Assembly (NCBI GenBank): GCA_036645795.1
Contig: JAVXNL010000002.1
Location: 1 to 39,326 of the forward strand
DNA from: Clostridia bacterium
GTDB taxonomy: Bacteria; Bacillota; Clostridia; TANB77; CAG-465
Length of the DNA: 39,326 nt
Reading direction: 5' to 3'
The translations under genes were made by a program, and so were the position numbers. Shown in pieces: positions 1-7,988 of this stretch (positions are counted from its first letter, which is position 1; each line of letters starts with the position of its first letter). The notes beneath the pieces were generated by a model that searched no databases, was not told the DNA's origin, and saw only the letters and a program-made list of their open reading frames with translations.

Positions 1-157
1 TTTATACTTTCTCTATTTTAAAAACTGGAACATTTATTTATGGAACGTCCCTAATTATTATATAATTATTTATTTGATTTTATTATATATTAGCATTATA
101 TTGTGCATTTGTCAATAGTTATTTACATAATTATGCTTTGATTTCAAAAATCACTGT

Positions 158-185
158 GGCGAGTTGTAAAATCAAGCCGAACACA
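158..185 (+). repeat. Conserved GC-rich 28-nt intergenic motif, copy 1 (GGCGAGTTGTAAAATCAAGCCGAACACA)
   Basis: 24 of 28 aligned positions are identical to the reverse complement of 26537..26563. It stands out in an AT-rich spacer. Its 3' part can pair with upstream GCTTTGATTT (135..144). Confidence 0.5.
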
Positions 186-498
186 AAGAAAAACAAAAAG
201 AAGAAAATAGTTAGTAATAGATATAAATTTATATTAAATGACATTATTATTTTTAAAAAAAATTACATTTTTATATTGACATTAACAGCAAAGGTACTGA
301 TATAAAAATAATAAGCGGAACAACTACTAAGAAATATCATATTGATAGTAATAAGTTTGAAATCACTATGTAAAGGAAGATTGAATATATATTGTCTGTA
401 TAATGACAGTAAAATAGGCAAATTAATAATACCTAAAATCAATTTATACAATATTTTCTAGAGTAAGAAGGGTTATAAACTTTAAAACAAATTGACTC

Positions 499-527
499 TT
501 TACAAAAGCTTTGAATTGTTATATAAT
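499..527 (+). promoter_or_regulatory. Sigma-A-like promoter TTTACA-17-TATAAT
   Basis: Hexamers read directly, with a 17-nt spacer. Lies 25 nt upstream of the ATG at 552. Confidence 0.5.
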
Positions 528-551
528 AAAGAAAAGGGAGGAAAGAGAAAT

Positions 552-1364
552 ATGAGTTTATATGAAGATAGAAATAAATTAGAGTCTGAAATTGCAACAT
601 TAGAAAAAGTAAGAAAAGATTATGCCAATCTTTTAGAAAACATGTTAAGCGATATGAATACAAAGCTAAAAAGAATTGAGGATAGAGCAAGGAGCGAAAG
701 AGGAATAAACTTTGAATATACTAATGAAGAAAAAGAAATGATAAAAAACATACAAGCTGAATATGCCGATAAAAAAGCTGAAGTAATAGATAGAGCTAAA
801 AAAGTAGTAGATGATATTGATACTAAAAATTCGTGGTTAGAAAATAATGAAAATTCGATTAAATTTGAAGAAGCAAACGCACAAAAAGAGAATTTAAGTA
901 AGGATCTATATTTAATAAGAAATGAGATGGAGAAATCATTTGAAGATTTTAAATGGGATGGTGCAACATTAAAGAATGGTGCAGTTAGTACTACACTAAA
1001 AACGTATAACGAATTACTAACAGAGTATCAAGCACTACGAGCTAAGGTTGACAAAATGCATGAAGATGGAAAAATTGATATGAGAAAAGTAAGTGAATTA
1101 AAGAGAGCTCTTTTAAACACTTTTGAGGAATATAGTAAAAAAGCACCTCAAAAAACACCAGACAAAAGAGGAGATCCTGGAGCTGAAGAAACGGATTTCA
1201 ATAAAAAATTAAGACAACAAGTAAATAATATAAACGACCAAGTAAATAATATGAGTGAAAAAGAAAAAAAGGAAATTGAAAAAGGCCAATTTGATGATAA
1301 AGAAGATAAAAAAAGCGCCCAAGTGCACAAAGTAGAGAAGACAGATGACGATTTTGTGATGTGA
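552..1364 (+). CDS. Hypothetical charged coiled-coil protein (~270 aa), no TM segment
   Basis: Long ORF. Start moved from the TTG at 492 to ATG 552, which follows AAGGGAGG. K/E/D-rich heptad-like sequence. No family recognised. Confidence 0.6.
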   Translation: MSLYEDRNKLESEIATLEKVRKDYANLLENMLSDMNTKLKRIEDRARSERGINFEYTNEEKEMIKNIQAEYADKKAEVIDRAKKVVDDIDTKNSWLENNENSIKFEEANAQKENLSKDLYLIRNEMEKSFEDFKWDGATLKNGAVSTTLKTYNELLTEYQALRAKVDKMHEDGKIDMRKVSELKRALLNTFEEYSKKAPQKTPDKRGDPGAEETDFNKKLRQQVNNINDQVNNMSEKEKKEIEKGQFDDKEDKKSAQVHKVEKTDDDFVM

Positions 1365-1429
1365 GAAATTATAGGAATGTGTACTTAAACAAAAGAGGAA
1401 TGCTCATAATCCAATAGTCTATGAAACAG

Positions 1430-1462
1430 CCATAACATCAGTTGTAATAGCTGATGTTATGG
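1430..1462 (+). terminator. 12-bp hairpin after the coiled-coil gene (CCATAACATCAG/CTGATGTTATGG)
   Basis: Perfect 12-bp stem with a 9-nt loop, 66 nt after the stop. The downstream T-tract is weak. Confidence 0.4.
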
Positions 1463-1520
1463 TATGCTTAAAGTATAAAATATATTTACTTAAGTATTTT
1501 ACTATACCTAAAAAAAAGGA

Positions 1521-1550
1521 TTGACTTTTAAAAAATCAATTCTGTATAAT
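1521..1550 (+). promoter_or_regulatory. Sigma-A-like promoter TTGACT-18-TATAAT
   Basis: Consensus-like hexamers 23 nt upstream of the ATG at 1573. Confidence 0.5.
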
Positions 1551-1572
1551 GAAACTAAAGGATGTGGTTTAT

Positions 1573-2142
1573 ATGATCTTAAAAAGGACTTTAATTATTA
1601 TAGCAATAATGGTGGTTGTTAGTTTAATAGGGGCATTTTTACTTATATTGGAAAATACAATTTTGAAAGATAAAACAAATGCAGTTGAAGTGTATCAAGG
1701 TGTTTAAATATAAACATTAAAAGGAAATAAGTTAGGTGACTTCATAACGAATAAAAATGGTGAAATTGAATTAGATGTAGAAAAAGAGTTAAATATTATG
1801 AAAGAACAAAAAATAAAAGTAACTGAGATATCAGTACCAGAAGAATATTATATTGATAAAGATAATTGTACTCGGATAGTTGAAATTAAATTTGGAGAAA
1901 CTACTATGATAGAATTTCAAAATCAAAATATAAAAGTTGAAATAATAGTAAAAAAGTATAGTTCTGAAGATAATAAATATACTAGTATATCAGTGAAATC
2001 ACCTTTAAGAAATGTTGTATTTGAAATAATAGATAGTAATAATAAAGTGGTAGATACTTTAACCACTAATAGTAATGGGACGGCTACTTCAAAAACACTA
2101 TTACATGGAAAATATAAATTAAGAGAAAAAATTAAACATTAA
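1573..2142 (+). pseudogene. Decayed Cna-B/SpaA-type (prealbumin-like repeat) surface protein
   Basis: ATG 1573 opens a 44-codon signal-anchor ORF (MILKRTLIIIAIMVVVSLIGAFLL...) that stops at 1705. The reading resumes in another frame at 1714 (..GDFITNKNGEIELD.., VVFEIIDSNNKVVDTLTTNSNGTATSKTLLHGKYKLREK), typical of Cna-B repeats. It then ends in mid-repeat with no sorting signal. Confidence 0.55.
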
Positions 2143-2175
2143 AATATATAAGAAAACCTCTATATTTTAATGTTT
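2134..2175. terminator. Bidirectional 15-bp hairpin terminator
   Basis: AAACATTAAAATATA / TATATTTTAATGTTT with T-rich flanks on both strands. Sits between the convergent pseudogene and the DUF1292 gene. Confidence 0.6.
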
Positions 2176-2195
2176 TTAAATTTATTTTTATCTTT

Positions 2196-2576
2196 TTATT
2201 CTTCATCTTCAGAGTCTAATTCTTCCTCAACTTCTTCCATATCAGCTTGTTGTTTTACAAACTCATCAAATACTTTTTTAGCTAAATCTTCGTCTATAAC
2301 AGTATCATAAACTTCTTCACCATCTTCTTCAGTTATTCCTAGAATAGTAACCTCAACATCAGATTCTTCTTCTTTTTCTCCAGCTTCTGCTACTACTAAA
2401 TATTCTTTTTCATCATCTAGGACTACAACGTCTAATATTTCAAACTTAACATCTTTTCCATCTTCATCTGTAAGTGTTACTATTGGTGAAAATTGTTCTG
2501 AATTTTCATGCTCTCCACATCCAGCACAACTATCACATCCTGCAGCACAACCTTGTACATTTTCTTCTTTTTCCAT
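2196..2576 (-). CDS. DUF1292 (YrzB-like) acidic protein with an N-terminal Cys cluster
   Basis: The core TLTDEDGKDVKFEILDVVVLDDEKEYLVV fits the DUF1292 pattern. Position after ireB-ruvX matches Bacillus yrzL-yrrK-yrzB. Start set at ATG 2576, behind AGGAGG. Confidence 0.7.
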   Translation of the reverse strand: MEKEENVQGCAAGCDSCAGCGEHENSEQFSPIVTLTDEDGKDVKFEILDVVVLDDEKEYLVVAEAGEKEEESDVEVTILGITEEDGEEVYDTVIDEDLAKKVFDEFVKQQADMEEVEEELDSEDEE

Positions 2577-2709
2577 TTTAATTATCCTCCTTTTTAATGA
2601 GTACATTATACAATACTTTTAGCCATTTGTATATAGTTTTGGCTTAATTTACCTGTTTTATGCAAAATCTTAAGCCTTAAGTTACTACAATAACTACAAA
2701 TTAATTGAA

Positions 2710-3138
2710 CTACTGTTTTTTATTTAGACTATTTAAATAACCCTCTAAAATATATGTTGCCGCTAATTTATCTGCATAGCTGTTTTTTTTCTTTTGAGAA
2801 ATCCCTAACTCTTTCATAGTTTTATACGCAGATACCGTAGTAAGTCTTTCATCCCATTTATATACCTCTACACCTAATTGTTCAAGTTTGGGTATAAATT
2901 CCTCTATTTTCTTTGATTTTTGTGACATAGTTCCATCCATGTTTTTAGGATAACCTATTATAATTTTTTCTATATCATATTTTTCAATTATATTTTTTAT
3001 CCCTATTATAAACTTTTTATCGCTTTTATTTATCACTAAATTATCAATACCTTGTGCGGTTATTCCTAATTGATCAGATATTGCAAGTCCAACTCTTACT
3101 TCACCATAATCCACGCCTAATATTCTTTTCATAAACAA
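2710..3138 (-). CDS. ruvX: Putative pre-16S rRNA nuclease / Holliday junction resolvase-like YqgF
   Basis: ILGVDYGEVRVGLAISD near the N-terminus and DERLTTVSA are YqgF/RuvX hallmarks. ~140 aa. Confidence 0.88.
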   Translation of the reverse strand: MFMKRILGVDYGEVRVGLAISDQLGITAQGIDNLVINKSDKKFIIGIKNIIEKYDIEKIIIGYPKNMDGTMSQKSKKIEEFIPKLEQLGVEVYKWDERLTTVSAYKTMKELGISQKKKNSYADKLAATYILEGYLNSLNKKQ

Positions 3139-3147
3139 TCCTAACTC

Positions 3148-3393
3148 TTAAACATCTAAGTACTTTCTTATCATTTCTTGTAATAGGTCATCTCTTTCTA
3201 TTTTACAAATCAATGCTCTTGCATTTTGATGAGATGTTATATATGTTGGATCTCCTGATAATATATATCCAATTATTTGACTTACAGGCTCATATCCTTT
3301 ATCTTTTAATGCGATAACTACTTGTTCCATTATTTCTTTTACCCTTTTTGATTCATCTTTTTGAGGTGTAAAAACCGTTGTATTTTGATCCAT
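3148..3393 (-). CDS. ireB: IreB-family regulatory phosphoprotein (UPF0297)
   Basis: KGYEPVSQIIGYILSGDPTYITSHQNAR is the conserved UPF0297 core. Start at ATG 3393, behind AAGGAG. Confidence 0.85.
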   Translation of the reverse strand: MDQNTTVFTPQKDESKRVKEIMEQVVIALKDKGYEPVSQIIGYILSGDPTYITSHQNARALICKIERDDLLQEMIRKYLDV

Positions 3394-3459
3394 TTTAATC
3401 ACTCCTTTACTTTCTATATTATACTATTCTCTATAACTTTATACATAACATTATATAAT

Positions 3460-4518
3460 CTATATTATTTTTATACTATTCACATCTTTCATAAGATCTA
3501 TATATGATACCATTTTTTGTATTTCTTTTTCTATATTATTTTGTTTTTTAAATGTATGAAGCAACACTTGAAGTTCTAACGATACTTTCCTATCTCCTAC
3601 GTATTCACTTTCTGTTTTTAATCTATTTATTAATTGTTCATTAAATGGTTGCATAAGTTGTGCGTTTGTATTTGGTGTTACTATAAGTAATCTAAGTCCG
3701 CTATATCTTATAAATATAGAAGACTTTGGTGCTAAATCCTTTATAGAATTTGCTACCTTTATAAGAAGCGCGTTTCCTATATTTCTACCATATTTTTCAT
3801 TTATATCTGGTATATTTTTAAGACATATTAGAGTAAGTGCGCTCGTATCAAAAGCCGTTAACACTGATCTTGCATTTGAATATAAATACATATTGTTATA
3901 GTATCCTGTTTGTTTATCCGTATTTTCTGCTATTTCTAGTGTATCTTGAAATTGTACATTTTCTAGAAACACACCAATATTGTCTTTGAGTTTTGTAAGC
4001 TCTCCTTTGGTAATGTGTTCAAATGCATCTGTTTCTGTATCCTCTATTATCCAAAAGCCCAGATACATATCTTTATAGTAAATCGGTGAAAACATTGCTG
4101 AACATATTTTTCTTTCTACAGCACTCCTATATAAAAGAGTTTTATTTTTAGCAATCGTTATATATTTTGATACTTTTTTTCTTGCTTTAAATTCTTTTTC
4201 TGTTGAAAACTTTTTTATACAATCTATATATTCTGTTTCTACATTTGTTGCTTTTACAGAGTATGAATATCCATCATATGTTGCTATACTTGAATATTTT
4301 AAATTATATGCCTCTTTTATAGCATTATTTAGTGCAACTATTTTGTCTTTTGCATTTATACTTGAGCCCATTATCTCAAACATACCTTCCATAACGCCCA
4401 TATATGCTATTTTTTGTGACATATTCTTGTAATAATCTACTTGTCTTTTTAAAATCATAAACATGATTAGAAGTATTACAATTATAAATATTACTATTAT
4501 TGGTATCATTGGTGACAT
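3460..4518 (-). CDS. Membrane-anchored GAF-like / degenerate GGDEF domain protein
   Basis: N-terminal TM helix (IPIIVIFIIVILLIMFMIL). The C-terminal domain starts DKQTGYYNNMYL (compare DxLTGLxNR). It has RYSGLRLLIV where RxGGDEF is expected and LKNIP where the DxD metal site is expected. Confidence 0.65.
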   Translation of the reverse strand: MSPMIPIIVIFIIVILLIMFMILKRQVDYYKNMSQKIAYMGVMEGMFEIMGSSINAKDKIVALNNAIKEAYNLKYSSIATYDGYSYSVKATNVETEYIDCIKKFSTEKEFKARKKVSKYITIAKNKTLLYRSAVERKICSAMFSPIYYKDMYLGFWIIEDTETDAFEHITKGELTKLKDNIGVFLENVQFQDTLEIAENTDKQTGYYNNMYLYSNARSVLTAFDTSALTLICLKNIPDINEKYGRNIGNALLIKVANSIKDLAPKSSIFIRYSGLRLLIVTPNTNAQLMQPFNEQLINRLKTESEYVGDRKVSLELQVLLHTFKKQNNIEKEIQKMVSYIDLMKDVNSIKII

Positions 4519-4569
4519 TTAACTACACCTCTCTTTTGTACTTTTTTTAGTATAATTTCAAATTATACT

Positions 4570-6276
4570 TTATCTAAACCTTTTCTTTTGTCTTCCAGAT
4601 TTTCCTGAAGATTTGTTAATATTTACTGTAGTTACACCTTCCATTGGATAAATTGCATTTATTATATTAGCTAATCCTTCTTTAAAATCATCGCTAAAAT
4701 ACGCAAATTTATTTTGATATTTAAATATCATATCTATATATTTTTTGTAATTTTCAACATCAAAAGGTAATATAAAATATGGTATTGTTGCTGAGTTAAA
4801 TAATTCGTCAAACATTTTTAGATCATAACTTGAATATGTTGCAATTCCATCTAAAATATCTTTTGCTGTAAGCGAACATTTTACATGTTTATTTATTATA
4901 ACTCTAATTTTATTCATTGATACACCACGAGATTTCAATTCTCTTAAAAACATAGTTACTTGATGAATATTTAATATATCCATGTCTTGAACTATATATA
5001 TTTCTTGACAAAGTCTAAAGAAATCCGGTGGGGTAGTAAAGTCTGCATCTACTAATATTACTTTATTATTTTGATTTATAGTATCAATTGCAACACCTGC
5101 ATTATATGTTTTTCTGTCATCTCCAGGCATTCCTGTGTATACGCTTAGTTTATCATACATAAGTGGCTCATTTAAGCCGTTAGAAGCGTATCTCAAACTT
5201 TCAGCAGCGATGTTTCTTTTTCCTTCACTATCGTATGTATAAATTGTATAGGTATCTCTTTTTTTAGTTACATCAACAATTGCTGTTTTTATCTTATTCC
5301 TTGCAAGATAAGTTCCTATTGCATTTATACAAAATGTTGTTCCAACTTTTGGAGCTCCAACAAAACATACTGTTTTTTTATAGTCTTTTGGTACTTCATA
5401 TACATTTTTTACAACTTCTTTTTCCATCACTTGAACTTGTGTTACAACTTTTTGCTCAGATGGAACTTGCTGTACAACAATTCTTTCTGCAATTTCAGGA
5501 CCTTTTTTGATTTCTATAGCTCCAGCATCATCTGATTTATTAAGTATTTCTTGTGGTCTATATGCACCAGATGCAACTTCTTGAACCTGTGTCGTACCAC
5601 CCTCATTTGATAAATTAGCTATTGCTTTATATTTTTCGTTATTATATGCCAAATGCTGTTTTACATCTGCAGGCAAAAAGTTTATTATAACTTTTAACTG
5701 TTCGCTTGTATATTGAGTTGCTATTCTATCAAATATTTCATCGTATTTATCTGCAACTCCATTTTGATTTTTATAATACGAAACAATCCTTTGGATTTCA
5801 ATTTCAGATACTTCGGCTGACTTATATACACTATCTCTCGATGCATTATCATAAAACTTTTTCACATCTTTTTTAAAAAAAGGTCTATTTATAGCAGCAC
5901 TAACTTTCCCTTTTGTTCTCTCTTGTCCAGTAAGAACTGTATACATTCCTAAATTAAACAATTTCGATAAAAATTCGTCACCAAGTTTTCTCCTATCAGA
6001 CGCTATATATACAATACTTTTTGAATCATATACATCTGTCATAGAATCTATATTCGTAAATAAATATTCATCTATTTGAGCATAATTAGTTGTTGGGAAT
6101 TTTTCTAATTCCTCTAAAACAACCGCTCTATCATAAGTACCTGTTGACAATTCTTGTATAAATTGTTTAAAGTAATAAACATTTTTATACTCTATTTTCT
6201 CTTTATATTTTTCTTCATAAAAATCAACTATACTTTTTACTGTATCATCATTATTAATACCAAATAGTACTTTCAT
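4570..6276 (-). CDS. Pseudo-receiver + MinD/ParA-like (TadZ/CpaE-like architecture) protein with an atypical P-loop
   Basis: N-terminal ~125 aa are CheY-like. A Q/V/E-rich linker follows. The C-terminal SIMIBI-type NTPase carries VCFVGAPKVGTTF (no GK[ST] lysine), a VILVDAD Walker B and IINKHV. Confidence 0.65.
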   Translation of the reverse strand: MKVLFGINNDDTVKSIVDFYEEKYKEKIEYKNVYYFKQFIQELSTGTYDRAVVLEELEKFPTTNYAQIDEYLFTNIDSMTDVYDSKSIVYIASDRRKLGDEFLSKLFNLGMYTVLTGQERTKGKVSAAINRPFFKKDVKKFYDNASRDSVYKSAEVSEIEIQRIVSYYKNQNGVADKYDEIFDRIATQYTSEQLKVIINFLPADVKQHLAYNNEKYKAIANLSNEGGTTQVQEVASGAYRPQEILNKSDDAGAIEIKKGPEIAERIVVQQVPSEQKVVTQVQVMEKEVVKNVYEVPKDYKKTVCFVGAPKVGTTFCINAIGTYLARNKIKTAIVDVTKKRDTYTIYTYDSEGKRNIAAESLRYASNGLNEPLMYDKLSVYTGMPGDDRKTYNAGVAIDTINQNNKVILVDADFTTPPDFFRLCQEIYIVQDMDILNIHQVTMFLRELKSRGVSMNKIRVIINKHVKCSLTAKDILDGIATYSSYDLKMFDELFNSATIPYFILPFDVENYKKYIDMIFKYQNKFAYFSDDFKEGLANIINAIYPMEGVTTVNINKSSGKSGRQKKRFR

Positions 6277-6313
6277 ATCTTCATACCCTCTCTTTTACTT
6301 GTTTTTCTTATGT

Positions 6314-6637
6314 TCACTTGACTATCAAAAACGCATACATAAGTGGCAAACATTGTATTAAAACCATAAAAATTGCTACACCTACTATTAACCTTTGACC
6401 AAGTATTTTATGTTCTAACACCTCAGACCCTATCACATAAAATTGATATAATGCATATATAAATATAAGCGTTACTATAGGCCAAGAATATTTTTGTATA
6501 AATATTAATATTTGCATTGTTGAATCTATTATTTGATCATTTGATGTAACTTGACTTGAACCAAATACAAAACTCGAAACAATTGTTGCTACTATAGCTA
6601 AAGCTATAGATATAAACGTTATTTTCTTGTATACCAT
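6314..6637 (-). CDS. Small membrane protein (signal/anchor helix plus 2 TM helices)
   Basis: Start placed at ATG 6637 (MVYKKITFISIALAIVATIV...), not the GTG at 6733. Three hydrophobic helices. First gene of the 3-gene operon. Confidence 0.55.
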   Translation of the reverse strand: MVYKKITFISIALAIVATIVSSFVFGSSQVTSNDQIIDSTMQILIFIQKYSWPIVTLIFIYALYQFYVIGSEVLEHKILGQRLIVGVAIFMVLIQCLPLMYAFLIVK

Positions 6638-6785
6638 AATTACTACCCCACTGATTTCGTCTATTTTTTTATTATAATTTTCCTTATACTTAATTTTACT
6701 ATAAATTGCATCAAATATCAAGGGATAGCACACAAAAAGTTAAATAAATTAAACAAATAGCTTTTTTATGTATTTTTATAGCTAT

Positions 6786-6814
6786 TATATAACACAAAAC
6801 CTAGTACTTTGCAA
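6786..6814 (-). promoter_or_regulatory. Sigma-A-like promoter TTGCAA-17-TATATA(AT) for the 6637..3460 operon
   Basis: Hexamers read on the minus strand. Lies downstream of the terminator at 6891..6919. Confidence 0.45.
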
Positions 6815-6890
6815 CCAAACACTTCTATAGAAATATTTACATATCTATAGCTTAGCAAAAAAATAACAGCTTATATAATAAATAAAGTAA

Positions 6891-6919
6891 CTATAAACCT
6901 TTTATATACAGGTTTATAG
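6891..6919 (-). terminator. Hairpin terminator of the tauE/small-protein operon
   Basis: CTATAAACC / GGTTTATAG 9-bp stem followed on the minus strand by TTACTTTATTTATT. Confidence 0.5.
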
Positions 6920-6971
6920 CTACTTTATTTTATATTAAAAACTTACAAACTTAAAAATTTTGTTCCTAATT

Positions 6972-7109
6972 TTACGCACCATATCTTCTTTTCATTTTAA
7001 TTAGCTCTTTTTTACTTTTGTCAAACATTCCCATAAAAGAATCACTATTTATCGCCCCCACAATAGCACCTGCAACCATACCAAGTATTGCACCTTTAGC
7101 AAAATTCAT
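6972..7109 (-). CDS. Small glycine-zipper protein (45 aa, YtxH-like appearance), absent from the ORF track
   Basis: ATG 7109 lies 2 nt after the tauE stop, with AGGAGA 9 nt upstream. Translation: MNFAKGAILGMVAGAIVGAINSDSFMGMFDKSKKELIKMKRRYGA. Confidence 0.5.
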   Translation of the reverse strand: MNFAKGAILGMVAGAIVGAINSDSFMGMFDKSKKELIKMKRRYGA

Positions 7110-7110
7110 A

Positions 7111-7509
7111 CTATTCATCTCCTTTCTTATCTTTAGTATTTGCTAAAATCATTCTTTTTAAACTTGTAATAATTTCATAAATACCAATTATTATCATAAA
7201 TATATAAAACGTGCTTTTTAATATAGTACTATTTAACTTACTTGCTATAAACACGCCTATTAAACTTCCTGTACATATTGGAATAACTAGTTTTTTAAAC
7301 ATTTTCTTATCAAGCAAATCTTTTTTTAAATTATAAATACTTGCACTTATGCCAATAACTAAAAACATAATTAAATTATAACTTGCCGCTTCAACGTGCT
7401 CAAACACATTAAAAATTGTAGTAAGTAGTATAAAAACACTACCACCACCAATTCCCATGCCAGAAATTATTCCACTAAAAAGGGCTGTTATGCTAAGTGT
7501 TATCCACAT
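7111..7509 (-). CDS. TauE/SafE-family anion exporter, C-terminal half-size subunit
   Basis: Polytopic membrane protein. The GMGIGGGSVF motif is typical of TauE/SafE (DUF81). AAAGGAGG lies inside the end of the preceding ORF. Confidence 0.7.
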   Translation of the reverse strand: MWITLSITALFSGIISGMGIGGGSVFILLTTIFNVFEHVEAASYNLIMFLVIGISASIYNLKKDLLDKKMFKKLVIPICTGSLIGVFIASKLNSTILKSTFYIFMIIIGIYEIITSLKRMILANTKDKKGDE

Positions 7510-7515
7510 TTTCCA

Positions 7516-7863
7516 CTAACCTCCTTTTAATAATTTGTAACCAGTTAAACAAACTATTAAAACACCTGAAATTAAATTTAAAATATTAGATGGTATTTTT
7601 TTCATAAGTTTTGCACCTATAAATCCTGATATAGCGGATATAATAATAAGTAATACCATCTTTAAAAAATCAAATTTTACAAAGTGACTATATCCAATGA
7701 GTGCAAAGGCGCTAGATACAGATAAAAGAGCTACACTGAGTGCTCGTGTTCTATGTGTTTGCATTTTCAAAAAAAATATTAGATAAATAACTAAAACTTG
7801 ACCTGCGCCAGATGCAAACAAACCATTTAATATGCCAACAAAAATTCCAATTAAATATATCAT
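7516..7863 (-). CDS. TauE/SafE-family anion exporter, N-terminal half-size subunit
   Basis: Polytopic membrane protein. The GLFASGAGQV motif is DUF81-like. Its stop is 6 nt before the next ATG. Confidence 0.7.
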   Translation of the reverse strand: MIYLIGIFVGILNGLFASGAGQVLVIYLIFFLKMQTHRTRALSVALLSVSSAFALIGYSHFVKFDFLKMVLLIIISAISGFIGAKLMKKIPSNILNLISGVLIVCLTGYKLLKGG

Positions 7864-7988
7864 ATTATTATTATCTGTTGTTTTTTAAAAAGTATGAGAA
7901 TATTTCAAATATCTTTGATATATAAAATTAATAAAAAAAGAAAAAAATAAGTGCATTTTTTAAATACACTTAAAATAGCCTTTTATTT

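Noticed and set aside
492-551. N-terminal extensions implied by the longest-ORF track (492, 2606, 3402, 6733, 13498, 16923, 21204, 23266, 23388, 38026)
   Set aside because: In each case an internal ATG with a well-spaced GGAGG-like RBS gives an N-terminus matching the family (for example L3 GKKVGMTQIF, or L29 starting at MKSSKL). The upstream extension starts at GTG or TTG, or lacks an RBS.
263-690. Two minus-strand ORFs from the track (263..451 at 62 aa, 439..690 at 83 aa)
   Set aside because: They give low-complexity I/L/F/Y-rich translations typical of AT-rich non-coding DNA. Neither has an RBS. They overlap the promoter and start of the plus-strand gene at 552.
7111-7863. tauE as a frameshifted pseudogene
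   Set aside because: The second ORF has its own ATG and a perfectly placed AAAGGAGG. Both halves are full-length half-transporters. A natural split is the simpler reading.
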